Positions 58,410-64,000 of a stretch of DNA of 64,000 nucleotides are shown piece after piece; the stretch's first letter is position 1, and each line of letters begins with the position of its first letter. The position numbers were made by a program, and so were the translations under genes. This DNA comes from Octopus sinensis (taxonomy: Eukaryota), in NCBI RefSeq assembly GCF_006345805.1, contig NW_021835478.1:29176-93175 (forward strand). Direction: 5' to 3'. Under the pieces are notes generated by a model that saw only the letters and a list, made by a program, of their open reading frames with translations, was not told where the DNA came from and did no database searches.

Positions 58410-60592
58410 CAGGGGTCACCAAACTTTTTGCACTCGCGGGCCGGATTGACCCCAACACAATGAACGCGGGCCGGAGCACGTGCATAGGATTATAATTTTA
58501 CTAGAAATTCATAAGTGTGTTTTTTACAATAAAAACTAATTTAAACAAAAATAAAGTAAACAAAAATTTTAATGAGAGCTATGGAACTGTGATCTTTTTT
58601 TGATAAGTTCATCAATATTTGGTTTTTTTTAAATTGCTGCTCCTATCATGAGAATTGATTTTAAGTGTCCGTCAGTCAATCTTGCACGATGGGCAGACTT
58701 AACATATTTCATCCTCGAAAACGTTTGCTCACATTGGTAAGTTGTGCCAAATATAGAAATCATCTTTATCGCAAAATTCTTTAGTCTCGGAAACTCATCA
58801 TCCTTGAGATATTCGTAGAACTCAGCGAGTTGTGGTCCGTCTGTGACAATCTTTGAGCTGTTCATTTGATTGTAAGTCAATAACTTCTAATTGTAATTCA
58901 TGTTGAACATTTTCAACATTACAAGAAAATGGATTTTCGAACAAAATTATATCGCTTTCAATTTTGTCAAGTTCAGAAAACTTATGTAAAAAATGATGTT
59001 TTAATTCTTTGATAATTCCAATTTGGAAAGTAATGTCGATCTCATTACAGTTTGCCTCACAAAAACTTTTAAAACAAGAAAAGTGTGAAAACTGACGTAC
59101 TCCAAGTTGTGACTCGAATAACATCAATTTTTGTCGAAATGCTTTAATTATCCTGTAGAAATCACAAATTAAGTTTTCCTTTCCTTGTAATTTCAGATTT
59201 AGCTCATTCATGTGAGTTGTAACATCAACCAAAAATGATAATTTTGATAGCCAAGCAAGATCTGATAATTCGGGATAATAGTTATTTTTACTGGTTAGAA
59301 AAATATAAATCTCACTTCGGAGTTTATAAAATCTATTTAATACATTACCACAGCTAAGCCATCTAACTGCAGTGTAATATGGTATGTCAAAATATTCAGA
59401 TCCAAAATCGTCAAGTAAAACTTTAAACTGACGGTGATTAAGTGAGCTCCCTCGAACAAAGTTTATTATGCGAATAACTGGATTCAACACACATGAAATA
59501 TTAAGAGCCTTCGCACATAGTGCGTGCTGATGAAGGATGCAATGAATGAACAAAGTGTTTGAAATATGTAATTCCTCCAATTTATTAGTTATTTGCCCAA
59601 CTAGACCCTTTTTAGAACCAGCCATATTCTTTGCCCCGTCAATCGTAACACAACTCAGTTTCTCCCATTCAAGGTTATAGTCACTTATAGTTTGTTCCAA
59701 TTCATCAAAAATATCTTTTCCAGTGGTTGTTCCATGAATAGAACAAACAGATGCCAGTTCTTCAGTTATGGAAATATTCTCATCAACTCCACGAATAAAA
59801 ATAAGAAGTTGCGATGTTCCCGAAATGTCAACTGACTCATCCAATGCAAGAGAATACCACAACATATTACTTGTCTTTTCACAAATTTGTAAATATATAT
59901 TTTTCCAAGCTCTTCAGTTCTCCGTGATACAGAACTCGCCGACAAACTTATTCCATCAAATAAGGAAGAATTAGTGGGCACAAACAATTAACTGCTTCAA
60001 TAATGCAATTTTTGATATACATCCCATCACTAAAGGGTTTCCCGTGTTGTGAAATAATTTTCGTTATCTCGTATCCAGCTCTTGTTACATTTTCATTATT
60101 TTCAAAATTTTTTTTATAAGGCCTTGTTGAATTTGTAAAGTGCGTTTCAGTGATTCAACTTTATCCTCACGTAGCTTTCCAGTGTACTTGGAATATATCG
60201 GAGCATGATTCGTTTCATAATGACGTCGAATGTTATACTCCTTCATAACAGAGAGATGTTCGTGGCATATTAAACAATAAGCTTTCTGCTTTAATTCATC
60301 TTTCGCAAAAAAATACTTCAATTCCCATAATTTATTGAATACACGGCATTCGCGGTCAACCTTTCTTTTCATATTAGACATAGCAACAAAGAAAAATTTA
60401 ACGTTAATGCTGATAAGTTTTTTTTCGAATTAAATCTTGCAAAATAGTTTAATTTTTTAATTAAAGTTTTTATTTAAGTTAATTATTAAGGTATTAATTG
60501 AATATCTCGAAATAGTGCGCGGGCCGGATAAATGTCATTTGTTTGTCGCGGGCCGGATTGGGCCGCGGGGATCGTGTAGTTGGTGACGTCTG
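58410..60592 (-). mobile_element. hAT (Buster/SPIN-like) transposon, near full length, frameshifted transposase
   Basis: TIRs CAGGGGTCACCAAAC / (rc) CAGACGTCACCAACT; subterminal CGCGGGCCGGA repeats; BED finger CLICH...RRHYETNH, SLALDES, DGAKNM, HCILHQ, VRWLS, FGTTYQCEQTFS. Confidence 0.92.
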
Positions 60593-60761
60593 GTTTAAAG
60601 TAAAAGACTTACATTCGCATTAAAAAGACAACACTTATGTATAAATTTAAAACGATATTGAATTTCTGTATGCTGTCTGTAGGAGACTAAAGTCTCCAAT
60701 GGTCTTGTTAAAACAATGAACGGGTATCGACTGCTCCTGTTGCCATCAGACTGTCGACATT

Positions 60762-61120
60762 GTGGGGTGGGTTGTGGTAACTCACAGAGCATGGAGTATC
60801 AAAGACAGAATTGCCATCCTCCAACTACGCTTTAAAAACAATTTTAATAAAACCCTATTGATTACCAATTTATATGCACTGACTACAATATCCGTCAACT
60901 CAGAGGAACTCGACGATTTTTACTCGTTCATATCATCGGCTTACTCATCACTCTCTAGCTCTTACATGCTCTTTATAGCTGAGGATTGGAATGTCATAGT
61001 GGGAAAAGAGCTTGACGAATCGAATTTCTGGGTAGCTATGCTTGAGGGACCAGAAATCTGTCCGTGCCGACACTTATACACTTCTATAAGTCGTTCGGAC
61101 TGTTTGTCTGTAACACGGCA
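60762..61120 (+). mobile_element. RTE-like APE endonuclease remnant
   Basis: ELDDFYSFI...FIAEDWNVIVGK (GD.NA.VG-like motif). Confidence 0.55.
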
Positions 61121-61123
61121 TTT

Positions 61124-61420
61124 TTACATGGAGCTTGACATGTTAAATCCGTCCGCGATAAATTGAGTTAAGATTGCTAGATGTATTGAGGTTGAATATT
61201 GTGGAAGAAAACCACGCTGCGATTTTGAAAATAGAAGAGGATAGATGATTTTCAATACAACTCTTTCAATGATTTTTGAAACAACTGATAAAATCGAGAT
61301 TGGTCGATATGATCCTAGGTTTTTGGAATCACCGTTTGGTTTAGAATAGGAACAATGCAGGATTTTTTCCAGATCTACGGAATTGGTCCGATGGGTTAGG
61401 GTTAGAGTTCGAAGATACAA
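61124..61420 (-). mobile_element. Jockey/I-like RT fragment
   Basis: KPNGDSKNLGSYRPISILSVVSKIIE...SQRGFLPQYST. Confidence 0.8.
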
Positions 61421-61823
61421 GTGCCTTCATTCCATTGGTCTTGAGATGCTTTAAATGTGGATGGATATTCCGCCGCACCATCTTTCGTAAGATTTTTTAC
61501 AATTATCATCAAATGCTCAAAAAATGGTTCAGAAGATTGTCATACTTATCATACGTGTGGAATTATAACTTTGTTTATGTTTCTACGGAATTTTATTTAT
61601 TAGCCTTAAGTTGCATATCATAGTGGCATTTGAACACAAACAATAGTCACAACTAACTGTTATGTATTATTATGCAATTCACGCGAAACCAAAAAGTTGA
61701 TTCAGATTCCACTTTTGCCATAAGACTCAGGATACGCTCTAATACCCTTCCCTGTTTTGTGCAGGATTTCTCAGATCGCAAAGATCATTTGCCGATTTCA
61801 ATTTTCTTCCAATCCATTTGAGT

Positions 61824-62100
61824 TCATGATCGAGCGAGGTCGGTAATGTTGTTCATTGTCGGCTCCAATATGTTGTTTTGTTTGTTAAGCAGAAGTAAGA
61901 TTTTATTAACCTTACTGGCCGGCATCATTTGCAGGGTTCTTAGGACATGTCCAAAAGAGCAGCCATTTCTGGACACCCACTTTCTGTAAAGTTCTTCGTT
62001 GCTCATCTTTTTTGATTAGCGAATACCTAGGAATAGTCTTGAATGTTTTTTGTGGAAAAAATTGAGGTGTTCTAGTCCACTTTAGAGATGGAAAAAACTT
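61824..62100 (-). mobile_element. RTE-like RT C-terminal remnant
   Basis: FLGIR...SNEELYRK...FGHVLR. Confidence 0.55.
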
Positions 62101-63329
62101 ACATCCTGCAGGAAGATACTGAGTGTCGTTTTTTTGCAGTCATAAAATATGGTCTAAAGCTCGAACACATTGAAGTTTAATACTGTTAATATGGTCAGTC
62201 AGAACATATATGACAACTTTGATGAGATTTTTTTATTTTTTGTGAATACATGAAACACTTTGAAACATTTTTTATTGACCAAAAAAACATATACAACCAG
62301 TATTTAAAAATGCATGGTGTCTCCATGTATTTTATAATGCTACTGAAATGAAGTGCTATTTTTACAAATAGTAACGGGCGGTGTTTGATTCCTTTAAAAC
62401 ACCTAGGCTTCTTTTTTCCTTATGACCATCAATGGGTGTTTGTCCAAACCCGTCATGATATCATTACAGTTATTCTATCCCTCATGTTTTTAATTTTAAT
62501 CGATATTCATGTTAAATGATAGTGTCCGCGAAGGTAATAAATGTTTTCCAATGAATAATCTTTTCAAAAAATTTTTTAATGTCCTTAGCACAAATATTAA
62601 ACGGCATGTATCTCGAATCAGTATTTCCCATTAATGTGCTGAAATTATATGTTATTTCTTTTTTTAGTAAGAATAATGGCATCCATTTTTATAGCTTTAG
62701 GAAAAATAGTAGCTTATAGATTAGTATGTGACCATTTATTGGTAAATTTTTGGTCTGAATTAAGCAAATTAGATGGACAATGCAGTTTATGCGTTTTTTA
62801 CTTCGTTGACGCTGGTCTTTGCGGTGTTGTAAAATTGATTCCATTGATTGAACATTAACATAATTCTTCTCTATTCATCAAAATTCGTAAAAATTGAGAT
62901 TGAGAACAGTTGAATATGGCATATGGCGCTGCCTGAGTTTGACCTCTGAATTAAAAAATTGATTATTTACAATTTTTGAGAAAGTGTAGGATAACGACGT
63001 AACACTTTAAGACATTTATTTATTGATGACCAAAGAACCAAAGTAAACCAGATAATTGTAATCACCATGATCTCCGATGCACTTGGAAGCCACGGAGATC
63101 CTTCGGAAAGGTTTATCCTACCCACGGTGATCAACTTGGGTGAAATGTGTAATAATCATTAAATTTTAAAATTAAAAATTAAAATTATACAATTATGGGA
63201 AAATGTTTCGAAAAAAATCATAAATGTTCCCAATAAGAGTATGCAATTAGCCGATATATTTTAAATGGAAAGAAGATAAATTATGGTTTTAGACATCAAT
63301 TGTAATTTTTATTTTACTTTAAAGACAAA

Positions 63330-63660
63330 TATAGTATGATAATTTAACTAATGGTCTCACGAGGCGCTCGGCTCGCCTCCGAATAGCTAAGCCATTCTTG
63401 CGGATCACGGCGATCAACAGACGTTCCAAAAGCCAGAATGACTCTCTGGAATTGTGTCTTACTTTTGATATCCGTCGGTTAAGGAAGCGAAGAAAGCGGA
63501 GCGTCTTGGAGGCGAAGATCCCCGAAGACTCAAAGCAATGAGGTGAAAAGGAGAGAATTCGAGAGGTGGACATACTTGAGAATCTTACGATCCTCGGCCA
63601 GCCTCGAAACGTACCAAGATTGACAGCGGACAGGGCAAGATTTCCGTGGAGTCCCAAATA
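63330..63660 (-). mobile_element. Decayed CRE-like 3' fragment
   Basis: FSPHCFESSGIF...RRIS...RESFWLLERLLIAVIRKNGLAI. Confidence 0.65.
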
Positions 63661-63779
63661 AGAGATTTCCCCTCCTCGTAAAGAAAGGTGGTCATGCCCC
63701 TTGACAACAATTTATTCTATTTAGCGATTTATGCAATTAACCGATGTTTACTGTACTTAAAACCCCAGGAATTGGCGGC

Positions 63780-63900
63780 CAAGCCGCGACTCAACTCCAT
63801 TGGTTTGAGAATATCCTCGAAAACAAACGACCGAAAGAAGAAAAGCTGGCTTTTTCAGCGAATCTCGGTCCCGTCAGTTCAATTCAATACGCAGGACGGC
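63780..63900 (+). mobile_element. Decayed CRE-like 3' fragment
   Basis: IGLRISSKTNDRKKKSWLFQRIS. Confidence 0.55.
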
Positions 63901-64000
63901 TTCGTTGAGGACCTTTCATTTTTAAAATTATTATTAAAAGCACTCCCGAGAAGTCATAAAACTAATTAAGCTTCCCTTGTGGCGCATGAACAACAATACT

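Noticed and set aside
62200-63300. AT-rich stretch with a 69-aa hydrophobic ORF
   Set aside because: Composition-driven ORF; no repeats, termini or motifs recognised.

Overview
Eukaryotic, animal-type DNA (innexin, ETS factor, monofunctional DHFR), about half compact host genes and half transposon or satellite sequence. Host genes are split by ultra-short GT-AG introns (mostly 21-28 nt in those I reconstructed), so the six-frame ORF track shows only fragments. This intron size points to a dicyemid-like miniaturised parasite genome (inference). Recognisable genes, from recalled family motifs and not database searches: SPT6 (partial), NUP62, ILKAP, an innexin, PIGS, WDR45B/WIPI3, PYROXD1, DHFR, an ETS factor, DCTN5, VPS8 and SLC25A36/33. 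Mobile DNA: a full-length CRE-like RLE retrotransposon with an N-terminal PHD finger and a 12-bp TSD plus six shorter CRE-like pieces; two Buster-type hAT transposons and two hAT MITEs; R4-like, Jockey/I-like, RTE-like and integrase remnants. Most striking structure: a 6.5-kb Helitron (17290-23820) whose interior is mostly a ~5.5-kb array of a ~95-bp satellite. Also present: a 3.45-kb tandem duplication breaking inside WIPI3 and a 66-bp exon-plus-intron fragment of SLC25A36 re-inserted between direct repeats. No rRNA, tRNA or CRISPR array was seen. All coordinates were counted by eye and gene models were reconstructed by hand.
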